31,755 bases of DNA from Candidatus Falkowbacteria bacterium. Its GTDB lineage: Bacteria > Patescibacteriota > Patescibacteriia > UBA2591 > JABMQE01. This document shows positions 8,516 to 16,882 of this stretch, one piece after another (position 1 is the first letter of the stretch; each line of letters opens with the position of its first letter). Where the stretch lies: positions 1 through 31,755 of the forward strand of contig JABMQE010000106.1 of NCBI GenBank assembly GCA_013203415.1. The letters run 5' to 3'. The position numbers and the translations under genes were made by a program. The notes beneath the pieces were generated by a model. The model was given only the letters and a program-made list of their open reading frames with translations, was not told where the DNA came from and searched no databases.

Positions 8516-11188
8516 ATGCCTAAAAAAACGATAGCGAAAAAAAAGAAGACCCAGGCAAAGAAAAGGCCTTCTAAAACAAAAAAAACATTAAGGCTAAAAA
8601 AGAAGAAGACAGCTTTAAGTTCGCGAGAAAAGGTTTCGGTTTCTTTCGGGCCTTCGAATGTTTTGGACAAAAAAGAAGAAAAGGAGCAGGAGTTTTTGGA
8701 AACCCGTGAAGAGCAGGCAGAGGTGCCGCAGTTTAGGGAATTAGTTTGGACTGATTTTTATAATCAAGAAAAACAGGTAGAGAGTACGAATCTTTTCCAA
8801 TCGGACAGCAGTTTGAATTTTATTTCCAGAAAAAATAAATCTTTTTCTTTTATAAATCTTTTGGCGAGTTTGCCTAAAGATTTTTTTGTTTTTTATGGGA
8901 AAAAAATAAAGATAGTATTAGGAATAACCCAGTGGACATTAGAAGAGATAGGGAAGCTTCCTTTTAGATTAATTTTGTGGATTTTAAGTTTTTTGGAGCT
9001 TTTTTTAGCACGGCCGATTTGGCATTTTCTTTTGATGATAGCAAAGAAGTTTTGGTTAAGCTTAAGGCATGTTCATGCTTATCTTTTTTGGATGATAAAA
9101 AACGGCATATTAACGATTTTTGGCTTGCCGGGGAAAACGGCCAAGTTCTTAAAACCAGCGCCAACAAATTATTGGAGCCGGGGATTAGTGTCTTTTGTTT
9201 TGGCTTGTTTGATAATTGTTTTGCCGTTTGGGACATATACTTATATAACCAAATTAAAAGATACGCAGGGCCTGGTTTTAGGGGCGGCAACACAGGCGTA
9301 TGAGCAGTTGCAAGCGGCGCAGGCGGCGACGAGCGAGCTTGATTTTGAAACAGCGGGTGAGGAATTTAGAAAGGCGGACGAAAGTTTTGGCATGGCCAAG
9401 GAGAGATTGGCGAATATTGATTTTTTGATTTCCGGGATAATTAATAATTTATCAAAAGGAAAGGCGGCAGGGAAGCTGCTTGAGACCGGAGAATTAATTT
9501 CCGAAGCAGGGGTAGAAATGAGTGAGGGGCTGGCGATTTTGAGCGAACATAATACGGATGATTTAGATGATGCCGTGTCTGGCGGCAGGCAGGTTGATAA
9601 TACAGATATGCCGATGCATGATATTGATTTGGGAGTGAGCGATAAGATTAAAATACTCGAAGACAAATTTTCTCGGGCTTACCCTAAAATAGTTTTGGCC
9701 AGGAAGAATATAGAAGAGATAGATCCAAAGATTTTGCCCGAGGCCAATCAAGATAATTTTTTTGAGATGAAGGCAAAGATTTTGGGGGTTGAGGCGGTAG
9801 CAAAAAAACTTTATTCTTTTTCAAAAATAATTTCGGAACTTTTTGCAATCGACACATCAAAAAGATATTTAGTGGTTTTCCAAAACGAGGACGAGCTTCG
9901 GCCGGCTGGAGGATTTATGGGAAGCTTTGCTTTATTAGATGTTTTGGATGGGAAAATCAGCCAGATAGAGATACCGGGCGGCGGGCCGTATGATTTTCAA
10001 GAATCTTTGGTAAAAAGAGTGGCGCCGCCAAAACCATTACAGCTAGTGAATAATCAATGGGAGATGCAGGATGCCAATTGGTTTGGCGATTTTGAAACTA
10101 CTGCAAAGAAGATAATGTGGTTTTACGAAAATTCCGGAGGCCCGACGGTCGACGGGGTTATAACAATTACTTCGGGCCTGATTCCGCCTCTTTTGGAGAT
10201 TACTGGTCCTATAGAAATGTTGGAATACGACAAAGTGATAACTGCAGATAATTTTCAAATAGAAACCCAGCTGGCTGTGGAATTGGAGTATGATAGGGAA
10301 GAGAATCGGCCAAAGCAGTTTATAGCAGATTTAACGCCTAGGTTGTTGGAAAAACTTATCAATCTAAAAAGCGACAAGCTTATAGACCTTTTAGGGGTTA
10401 TTGATTTAGGTTTGACCCGCAAAAAAATAATGTTTTATTTTGGGAATGACCAGGTGCAGGCAGAGGCGGTAGAAAATAATTGGGCCGGTAAAATTAAGCA
10501 AGTAGGGGAGGAGGATGATTTTCTTTTGGTTTTGAACGCGAATATCGGAGGGGGTAAAACAGATAACGTGATAACCCAGAAGATAGTCCACGAGACAGAG
10601 GTTTTGGAGAATGGCGAGGTAGTGGATACAGTAACAATTATTCGAACTCATGGCGGGGGGGCAGGATACTTTTTTGCCAACCGAAAGAATATTAATTATG
10701 CAAGGGTTTATGTGCCTCAAGGGAGTACTTTAATCGAGGCAAAAGGTTTTTATAATATGCCGGAAAGTTCTTTTAGGGAATTGGCTCCTGCTTTGGGCAA
10801 GGACAGCGAGTTAGAGAAAATCGAGGGACAGGTTTTGGTTGATGAGGTAACAGGGACAAGAATTACGACGGAGTTTGGGAAGACGGTTTTTGGCAACTGG
10901 ATGATTTTGAATCCAGGTGAGACAACAGTATCCAAGTTTAGATATCGTTTGCCTTATAAATTAAATTTAAGAATAGATGATGGGGAGAGATCTTTGATAT
11001 ATGCATTATTAATCCAGAAGCAGGCAGGAACAAAGGATGATGAAATAGAAAAAATAATAATTTTGCCTAAAAATTTTAATTCGGTTTGGAAATATCCAGA
11101 AGAAGATTATATAGGGGAATATGAGGGAATGGTTAAGTTTAAGTCCAATCTGGTGACAGATAGGTATTATGGGGTTGTTTTTAGGTGA
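8516..11188 (+). CDS. DUF4012-domain membrane protein
   Basis: RYLVVFQNEDELRPAGGFMGSF, DANWFGDF, DGVITI, NANIGGGKTD, NYARVYVP motifs, with a basic N-terminus and TM segment. Start reassigned to MPKKT at 8516, since the TTG extension crosses a repeat element. Confidence 0.85.
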   Translation: MPKKTIAKKKKTQAKKRPSKTKKTLRLKKKKTALSSREKVSVSFGPSNVLDKKEEKEQEFLETREEQAEVPQFRELVWTDFYNQEKQVESTNLFQSDSSLNFISRKNKSFSFINLLASLPKDFFVFYGKKIKIVLGITQWTLEEIGKLPFRLILWILSFLELFLARPIWHFLLMIAKKFWLSLRHVHAYLFWMIKNGILTIFGLPGKTAKFLKPAPTNYWSRGLVSFVLACLIIVLPFGTYTYITKLKDTQGLVLGAATQAYEQLQAAQAATSELDFETAGEEFRKADESFGMAKERLANIDFLISGIINNLSKGKAAGKLLETGELISEAGVEMSEGLAILSEHNTDDLDDAVSGGRQVDNTDMPMHDIDLGVSDKIKILEDKFSRAYPKIVLARKNIEEIDPKILPEANQDNFFEMKAKILGVEAVAKKLYSFSKIISELFAIDTSKRYLVVFQNEDELRPAGGFMGSFALLDVLDGKISQIEIPGGGPYDFQESLVKRVAPPKPLQLVNNQWEMQDANWFGDFETTAKKIMWFYENSGGPTVDGVITITSGLIPPLLEITGPIEMLEYDKVITADNFQIETQLAVELEYDREENRPKQFIADLTPRLLEKLINLKSDKLIDLLGVIDLGLTRKKIMFYFGNDQVQAEAVENNWAGKIKQVGEEDDFLLVLNANIGGGKTDNVITQKIVHETEVLENGEVVDTVTIIRTHGGGAGYFFANRKNINYARVYVPQGSTLIEAKGFYNMPESSFRELAPALGKDSELEKIEGQVLVDEVTGTRITTEFGKTVFGNWMILNPGETTVSKFRYRLPYKLNLRIDDGERSLIYALLIQKQAGTKDDEIEKIIILPKNFNSVWKYPEEDYIGEYEGMVKFKSNLVTDRYYGVVFR

Positions 11189-11246
11189 CGAGGCATTAGT
11201 GATTAGTAGATTATAAAAAAGCTTGTTTGGGGTTGTATTTAGAACC

Positions 11247-11275
11247 TTGACAGGTTTTTTTATTTATGCTATTAT
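11247..11275 (+). promoter_or_regulatory. Sigma70 promoter with extended -10
   Basis: TTGACA(11247-52)-N17-TATTAT(11270-75), with TG at 11267-68. No convincing CDS downstream. Confidence 0.7.
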
Positions 11276-11281
11276 TATGTA

Positions 11282-11398
11282 TTAGTAATCAGCCAATAAA
11301 TTGGAGGATTAGCAAGGGATATCCTCCTTTCTCTTGTTCTCCGCTTTTGCGGAGGTCCTGCTTTTGTAGGATTTCTAGTCCTCCGTTTTATTGGCTCT
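11282..11398 (+). ncRNA. Candidate small structured RNA (four-way junction on a ~22-bp basal stem)
   Basis: Pairings: 11291-11312 with 11375-11396, 11313-19/11330-36, 11338-44/11349-55 and 11356-61/11366-71. G-U pairs are compatible with the + strand. Confidence 0.6.
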
Positions 11399-11400
11399 TA

Positions 11401-11473
11401 ATGCGAAACTACGAAAATAATGCGAAACTACGAAAATGCGAAAGGTTGGTTAATGCGAATTTGTGAAAGGTTG
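11401..11473 (+). repeat. CGAAACTA-type dispersed repeat (copy 2, uninterrupted)
   Basis: ATGCGAAACTACGAAAATAATGCGAAACTACGAAAATGCGAAAGGTT plus a degenerate tail. Confidence 0.85.
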
Positions 11474-11494
11474 TTGTTGACTTTTTGAGAGGAT

Positions 11495-11524
11495 AAAAAG
11501 ATCCCGTTTTGAGGCGGGGTTTTT
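11495..11524. terminator. Probable bidirectional terminator between the sRNA unit and hicA
   Basis: AAAAAG-ATCCCGTT-ttga-GGCGGGGT-TTTT. Confidence 0.65.
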
Positions 11525-11526
11525 GT

Positions 11527-11742
11527 TTATATTAAATCTTTTTTTGTTAAACCAGATTGTTTGAGAATTGAGATGATTGTGCCTTTTGGTAAATCTTTAG
11601 TGTGAAAAGGGATAACAACTCTTTTTAAGGAAACGGGGTGTCTTAAGATGATGTGGCTGCCAGTGGTATGGTCGGTTAGAAATCCTTTTCTTTGAAGAAT
11701 TAGTAGCAACTTTTTAGGAGTGAGCACAGGGAGTTTAGGCAT
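11527..11742 (-). CDS. hicA: HicA-family toxin (mRNA interferase)
   Basis: 71 aa, MPKLP...GF......GSHIILRH.....VVIPFH.KDLPKGT..SILKQ with the catalytic His in GSH. Confidence 0.92.
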   Translation of the reverse strand: MPKLPVLTPKKLLLILQRKGFLTDHTTGSHIILRHPVSLKRVVIPFHTKDLPKGTIISILKQSGLTKKDLI

Positions 11743-11983
11743 GTTTTTGTTTTATTTTTGGCACTAATTGAATCGAGCTAATGAAACTTGTCTCATCAGA
11801 TGGAATTGCTTCATCATGTTTTTTTAAGCTTTCAATATAGCCCAAAATCGCATCTTTGGCCATTTCTTTTGCTTCGGCTAAATTTTTACCATAAGTAATG
11901 CAACCGGGCAGAGAGGGTACAATAACTGTAAACCCACCTTCGGGTTCTGGTTTGAAAATTAGATTGTAATTTAAGGTGTTCAT
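11735..11983 (-). CDS. hicB: HicB-family antitoxin (short form)
   Basis: EPEGGFTVIVPSLPGCITYGKNLAEAKEMAKDAI. Overlaps the hicA start by 8 nt. Start likely MNTL. Confidence 0.92.
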   Translation of the reverse strand: MNTLNYNLIFKPEPEGGFTVIVPSLPGCITYGKNLAEAKEMAKDAILGYIESLKKHDEAIPSDETSFISSIQLVPKIKQKHA

Positions 11984-12175
11984 ATTTTTATGATATAGCA
12001 TAAAAATGACTAAGTCAAGTTTATTAACTTTTGATTGGGGTGAGAGCGGGTTTTTGTGGGTTATTTTTTTGTTTGACTTTTGGGTTTTAGCATGTTTAGA
12101 TTAAGGCGGAGGCATGATCTTTGTAAAAGCCGAGAAGAGAACTCACATAGAGGTTTTACACTGGGAGGAAGAAAC

Positions 12176-13030
12176 ATGATTACCTTAAGTAATGGTCATC
12201 AGATGGATTTTTTAGTATCCAGCGGTGCTTTGGCTTATTCTGGTTATGGTTGGCCTTGGGATTGGCCGTTGGTGTGGTCTGGGGTTATTAAGCCAGAGGA
12301 GTTTACCATTGATACTAAGTCCTTTACCAGATATTATCGTGAGGGCAATTATCGGTGGTATCGGCCTTGGTCTGTGCTTAGGCCGCTAGCTGGTGGTTGC
12401 TGGGTGAATTCGTTTGGGCTTAGTAACCCAGGGTTGGCATGGGGACTTAGAAAGTTTAACCCTTATCCTTGGGAAGACCTGAACATCATTCTCTCCATCT
12501 TCCCAACCAGCCCCGAGGAGTGTTCGGAGATGTGTCAGATGGCCGAGGGGGCTAAGATTGTCGGTATTGAGGTCGATGTTTCTTGCCCCAATGTTGACTC
12601 TACGCGCGGGGTGGTCTCAATTTGTAGAGCAGCCAAAGAGTCCACAAGCATTCCTTTGATTGCCAAGTTTGGTTATCAACATCCTACTTGGTTGATTCGG
12701 GAGGTGGCTCCGTATTTTCAGGCACTGCATCTTATCAATGCTGTGCTCTGGGCAACAGTGTTTCCGCACAAGAAGTCGCCGCTTGCCAGATATGGCGGCG
12801 GCGGGGTTTCTGGTCCAATTATCCAGCCTTTTTGCGAGGATAAGCTGAAAGAACTCGCAGGGGTGGGTGTGCCTATCATCGCAGGAGGTGGGATTGACTC
12901 GATTGAGGTGGTGAAAAGGTATGCAGAACTGGGAGCTTCGGCTTTTAGTTTCGGTACCTTGTTTCTTAACCGTCCCTGGGAGCCGAATAGGATTGCCAGG
13001 AAGTGGCGGCAGAATTCTCTGTCACTATAA
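12176..13030 (+). CDS. pyrD: Dihydroorotate dehydrogenase, class 1-like
   Basis: TKS.T...REGN, NSFGLSNPG, catalytic VSCPN, GGVSG, IIAGGGI, GASAFSFGT. SD GGAGGA precedes MITL at 12176. Confidence 0.85.
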   Translation: MITLSNGHQMDFLVSSGALAYSGYGWPWDWPLVWSGVIKPEEFTIDTKSFTRYYREGNYRWYRPWSVLRPLAGGCWVNSFGLSNPGLAWGLRKFNPYPWEDLNIILSIFPTSPEECSEMCQMAEGAKIVGIEVDVSCPNVDSTRGVVSICRAAKESTSIPLIAKFGYQHPTWLIREVAPYFQALHLINAVLWATVFPHKKSPLARYGGGGVSGPIIQPFCEDKLKELAGVGVPIIAGGGIDSIEVVKRYAELGASAFSFGTLFLNRPWEPNRIARKWRQNSLSL

Positions 13031-13047
13031 CGACATGGAGGTGAGGT

Positions 13048-14094
13048 ATGGCTGATACGATTACTTTGCGTCGGTTCTTTGACGCACATGTTCATTTTCG
13101 GCAGGAGTGGCTTCTGGCTTTGATGTTGTCATTCATATCGCGGTATGCCAGGTACGGAGTGGCAATGCCGAATACTCGTCCTGCTATTTTGACCGCACAG
13201 AACGTTGTGCGGTATCGCGAACTGATTCAGCAGGTGTTTGTGACCCAGCCGATTCAACCTGCTTTTGAACCGTTAATGACCATCGAGATCAGGGATAACA
13301 CAACGCCCGAGATGGTTGTGGCGGCTTTCGAAGCTGGTGCAGTCGCGGGTAAGGTTTACCCGCTTGGCACCACTACGAATTCGGATGAGGGTCTGCGTGA
13401 CTTCTTTTCTCCGAGTATCGGGGAAACATTCCGAGCTATGGAGGAAATCGGGATGCTCCTTCTTATCCATGGCGAGTTGGATGGGGAGCGAGTTTTGGTA
13501 ACAGAGCGGGAGCATGTATTCTTGCCGACGTTGCCACTACTTCATCAGTCCTTTCCGGGTTTAAAGATTGTGCTTGAGCATGTTTCTACTAAGGAAGGGA
13601 TAGAGATGGTGGAGCAGCTCGGCGAGAATGTGGCCGCAACCTTAACCCCGCATCACTTGTGCACAACGCTTAACGATGCCATCGGGTATGGTGTCCGGCC
13701 GCACAATGTCTGGATGCCGATATCTAAGGGCTTCGATGATCTTGACGCTCTCTTGGCAGCGGCAACCAGCGGTAAGGGATATTGTTTTCTTGGCTCGGAC
13801 ATCGCAGCGCATCGGATAGGGGATAAGGAATGTGCTGTTGGTAAAACCGGCGGCTTTACAGGGTCTTTGGTTCCTTCGCTCCTGATGAAGATTTTCAAGG
13901 AGCAAGGGTGTCTTGATAAGATTGATGGCTTTGCCTCGGGTTTTGGTCCGAGGTTCTATGGCTTAGATCCTATTGTGGAGACAATGGAGATGGTCAGGGA
14001 ACTCTGTGTAGTGGAGGAGCAGTATGGCGAAGGGGACAATGTTGTCGTACCATTCATGGCAGGGCAGGAGTTTGAGTGGCAGTTGGCTGCGTAG
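13048..14094 (+). CDS. pyrC: Dihydroorotase, homodimeric (E. coli-like) type
   Basis: DAHVHFR, AMPN, KVYP, TTNS, HGE, LEHVST, TPHHL, LGSDIAAH. SD GGAGGTG. Confidence 0.92.
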   Translation: MADTITLRRFFDAHVHFRQEWLLALMLSFISRYARYGVAMPNTRPAILTAQNVVRYRELIQQVFVTQPIQPAFEPLMTIEIRDNTTPEMVVAAFEAGAVAGKVYPLGTTTNSDEGLRDFFSPSIGETFRAMEEIGMLLLIHGELDGERVLVTEREHVFLPTLPLLHQSFPGLKIVLEHVSTKEGIEMVEQLGENVAATLTPHHLCTTLNDAIGYGVRPHNVWMPISKGFDDLDALLAAATSGKGYCFLGSDIAAHRIGDKECAVGKTGGFTGSLVPSLLMKIFKEQGCLDKIDGFASGFGPRFYGLDPIVETMEMVRELCVVEEQYGEGDNVVVPFMAGQEFEWQLAA

Positions 14095-14136
14095 CTGCGC
14101 GGTAAGTTCGTGAGTTTGGGGGTACTCACACGATCG

Positions 14137-14180
14137 AAAGGTGGTTTATCTGAACAGCGATGTTCGGGAAGCCACCTTTT
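14137..14180 (+). terminator. Long terminator-like hairpin after pyrC
   Basis: AAAGGTGGTT..TCTGAACA-GCGA-TGTTCGG..AGCCACCTTTT. Confidence 0.55.
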
Positions 14181-14198
14181 AATATTGAGGTGATAAAA

Positions 14199-14251
14199 AA
14201 ATAGATGCCACTATAGTGGCATCTACAATGCCATCATGATGGCATCTATTT
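14199..14251. repeat. Tandem perfect palindromes ATGCCA-N6-TGGCAT x2
   Basis: TAGATGCCACTATAGTGGCATCTA (14202-25) and ATGCCATCATGATGGCAT (14228-45). Confidence 0.85.
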
Positions 14252-14560
14252 ATTTTCTTTGGTATCTTCTTGGGCTAATCGTTCATCAGGTGAATAAAGG
14301 CGGTTTTTTATGCGCCAACGGCTGGCGAACTGGCCGATTCCTTTTTTATGAAACTGGCCAGACCGGCGGGCTGATTTTTGGGACCAGGAAATTAAATCCT
14401 CAAAATTTATTTTGTAGCGTTCGCGGACTACAATATAACGAAGTTCTTTGCTGGTTATTGCTTTTCTAATAGTGGCAGTGGAAACCCCAAATAGTTTGGC
14501 TGCTTCGGATACTGATACTCTGATTGGTTTAATTTCTGGAGTCATTGGTGTATTTAACAT
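14246..14560 (-). CDS. Excisionase-like helix-turn-helix DNA-binding protein (HTH_17-like)
   Basis: VSVSEAAKLFGVSTATIRKAITSKELRY....RYKINFEDL. Confidence 0.85.
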   Translation of the reverse strand: MLNTPMTPEIKPIRVSVSEAAKLFGVSTATIRKAITSKELRYIVVRERYKINFEDLISWSQKSARRSGQFHKKGIGQFASRWRIKNRLYSPDERLAQEDTKENK

Positions 14561-14569
14561 TAAAATAGA

Positions 14570-14597
14570 TTAAGTTGTACAATATTGTATAACTTAA
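14570..14597. promoter_or_regulatory. 28-bp near-perfect palindrome, putative operator upstream of the HTH gene
   Basis: TTAAGTTGTACAATATTGTATAACTTAA, about 10 bp from the HTH start. Confidence 0.5.
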
Positions 14598-14649
14598 GTT
14601 GATTTTAACATAAAAGTGTTTAGTCGTCAAAAAGTTATGCACAGAGGTT

Positions 14650-14698
14650 GACAATTAACAATTAACAATTAACAATTGACAATTGATAATTGACAATT
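14650..14698 (+). repeat. Heptamer array (G/A)A(C/T)AATT x7
   Basis: GACAATT AACAATT AACAATT AACAATT GACAATT GATAATT GACAATT. Confidence 0.9.
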
Positions 14699-14700
14699 AG

Positions 14701-14729
14701 TTGATAGAATAACGCAGGTGAGGTATAAT
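14701..14729 (+). promoter_or_regulatory. Sigma70-type promoter for the ECF sigma gene
   Basis: TTGATA(14701-06)-N17-TATAAT(14724-29). Confidence 0.55.
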
Positions 14730-14791
14730 ATTAAGAGTTTAATACTTTTGTAATATTTTGTAACATTTTTTGATTTTTCACGTCTAATATA

Positions 14792-15334
14792 ATGAAATTG
14801 AAATTTTTAGAGAAACGTTTAATACGCAAAATTCAGAATGGGGATGCAGAAGCATTTGCCCAGGTTTATGACGCGTATATTGATAAGATCTATAAGTTTA
14901 TCTATTATAAGGTAAGAACGCAAGAACAGGCCGAGGATTTGACAAGCCAAGTTTTTACAAAACTTCTGGAATATATTCTTTCTGGCAAGGAGATAGAAAA
15001 CCTTCAGGCATTAATTTATCGAGTAGCTAGAAATCAAGTTGTTGATCATTATCGAAGTTCGAAAGTGGAAGTGCCAATCGAATTTGCAGTGCGGGAAACA
15101 GCAGTATCTTTCGAGGCAGAAATAGGCAAAAAAGAAGGATTGATGGAGATTGAAAAAGCACTTAGGAAATTAAAAGGGGAAATTAAAGAAGCAATGCTTC
15201 TTAGATATATAGATGATTATTCGATACGGGAAGTAGCAGAGATTTTAGGAAAAAGCGAGGGTTCGGTAAGAGTGATGATTCACCGGGCGAGGAAAGAGAT
15301 AAAAGGCAAGTTACTAAACAAGGATAAGGGCTAG
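14792..15334 (+). CDS. ECF-type RNA polymerase sigma factor
   Basis: GDAEAF..VY..Y.DKIY.FIY, AEDLTSQVF, IYRVARN..VDHYR, and region 4 YSIREVAEILGKSEGSVRVMIHRAR. Confidence 0.93.
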   Translation: MKLKFLEKRLIRKIQNGDAEAFAQVYDAYIDKIYKFIYYKVRTQEQAEDLTSQVFTKLLEYILSGKEIENLQALIYRVARNQVVDHYRSSKVEVPIEFAVRETAVSFEAEIGKKEGLMEIEKALRKLKGEIKEAMLLRYIDDYSIREVAEILGKSEGSVRVMIHRARKEIKGKLLNKDKG

Positions 15335-15358
15335 TTATTTAAAATTTTTCTTATGAAA

Positions 15359-15512
15359 AAAGAAAAGGGAAGGTGGCTTAACTAATTATTTAAGCATTCT
15401 CTTTAACTATTAATGAAGAGGGTCAGATCTTGGGGATTGCCATAGATGGCTTATACTTAATCCCCGACAAACATTTATCATCAAAGATTTGTCCTGCCAC
15501 CTCCTTTTCTTT
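15359..15512. other. Multibranch structured element between the sigma and anti-sigma-like genes
   Basis: 17-bp closing stem 15359-77/15496-15512 (2-nt bulge) enclosing hairpins 15397-15422, 15432-65 and 15466-93. Confidence 0.45.
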
Positions 15513-15548
15513 GAGCTAATTATTTTCTTAAATATTTAATTATTAATT

Positions 15549-16760
15549 GTGTCAGTTAAAATAGAGGACAATATAAAAGGATTAAAGAGGGTTGAAGCGA
15601 GAATAGAGTTTAAGAAGGATTTAAGGGAAGATTTGATGAGGAGAGTAGAATTACGCAAACCCGAAAAAGCAGGTGGTTTTTGGAGTTTTAATATATTTAA
15701 TTTTAGAATCTTAAAGCACGCCTATGTGCCAGTGGCATTAGGCGTTTTTATGCTTGTTTCAAGCAGTTTTTTGGCAGTAAAAGCGGCAGGAGACAGCTTG
15801 CCCGGTGATTTACTGTATCAAGTTAAAATGGCTTCGGAAAAGGCCCAAGTTGGTTTTGCGTTAAGCCAGACAAGCAAAGTACAAAAAGAAGTTGATTTTG
15901 CCGGAAAAAGGCTGGAGGAGCTAAATAAGCTAACAGGAGCAGTTGATAGCCAAGAAGATAATAGTGATCAAGAGGAGGAGAAAAAAGAACTTGAATCAGA
16001 AGCGATTGCCGGGGCAGTGCATAGTTTTAATAAGGAAATTAGCAAAGTAAAAAATAGATTAGATAATTTAGATAAAAATCAAGATGATAAAGCAGTGGAA
16101 GTGGCCAGAGTATTTGACGGGAAAGCAGGAGAATTTGCCACTGCCTTAAATCAGGTAGCAGAAAAAGAGGATTTGCCAGATGAGATAAAAGATAAAATAA
16201 TAATAGCTATTAATGCTTTAGACGAGGTAGCTAGCCAAGTTTTGGGAGTGATGATAAAAGACCAGGAAGGTATAGAGGGGTTAGAAAGAGAGGAGTTGGT
16301 TAAACGTTTGGAAGAGAAGATTTTGGCAACAGAGACGCGGGTGGCTAGTGTTGACGAAATAGTGGCTGGAAAAGGATTGTTGGATGATGAGCAGGGTATT
16401 TTATTATCGATTACTAAAAAAGTGGAATTAGCCAGAGTTATATTAAACGAAGCCAGAGAGTGTTTGGCAGATGAGAGGGATTTGGAAATGGTTTTAAGGA
16501 AAGTGAATGAAAGTAATGATTTGGCCAGTGAAGTGACAACAGAGCTGGCTAAGGAAGATGATGATGAGGATGTGATTGTGGATGTGGTCGATGGCGACGA
16601 AGAACTAGACGACGATAACGGTGATGACGTGGATGATGAGCAAGCTGAGCTCGATAGTGATGGGGATGTGGTTGATGACGGTGATGGCGAAGAAGGAGAA
16701 GAAGATCGAGCTGAGCTCGATGATGAGCAAGCTGAGCTCGATAGTGATAACGAAGAATAA
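15549..16760 (+). CDS. DUF5667-type membrane protein (putative anti-sigma factor) with acidic tail
   Basis: One TM followed by AAGDSLPGDLLYQVKMASEK. Helical C-terminal domain. Asp/Glu tail with a 30-bp exact duplication (16632-61, 16719-48). The GTG start is uncertain. Confidence 0.75.
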   Translation: MSVKIEDNIKGLKRVEARIEFKKDLREDLMRRVELRKPEKAGGFWSFNIFNFRILKHAYVPVALGVFMLVSSSFLAVKAAGDSLPGDLLYQVKMASEKAQVGFALSQTSKVQKEVDFAGKRLEELNKLTGAVDSQEDNSDQEEEKKELESEAIAGAVHSFNKEISKVKNRLDNLDKNQDDKAVEVARVFDGKAGEFATALNQVAEKEDLPDEIKDKIIIAINALDEVASQVLGVMIKDQEGIEGLEREELVKRLEEKILATETRVASVDEIVAGKGLLDDEQGILLSITKKVELARVILNEARECLADERDLEMVLRKVNESNDLASEVTTELAKEDDDEDVIVDVVDGDEELDDDNGDDVDDEQAELDSDGDVVDDGDGEEGEEDRAELDDEQAELDSDNEE

Positions 16761-16882
16761 TAAATTATAGCTTTGTAATATACTATTGTTGATAACTTTA
16801 TTTGACGCATAATACAGAAATGGGTTATAATCAGAGTGAGAGTTAGGGAATTGACAACTAACTTGTTTTATATTATTAATCA

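Noticed and set aside
11291-11396. Cloverleaf as a tRNA or tRNA-like gene
   Set aside because: No TTC T-loop, D-loop GG, 7-nt anticodon loop or 7-bp acceptor stem; the basal stem is ~22 bp.
11266-11466. 66-aa ORF as a type I toxin peptide
   Set aside because: The ATG overlaps the predicted -10 box, there is no TM helix, and it simply reads through the fold and the repeat.
12080-12175. Extended N-terminus of PyrD
   Set aside because: Family similarity and the SD point to ATG 12176.
14246-14560. Excisionase-like gene as evidence of a prophage or ICE
   Set aside because: No integrase, phage structural genes or att-like repeats were found.
16151-16810. 219-aa Ser-rich minus-strand ORF
   Set aside because: It is the antisense shadow of the GAT/GAA-rich acidic tail of 15549..16760.
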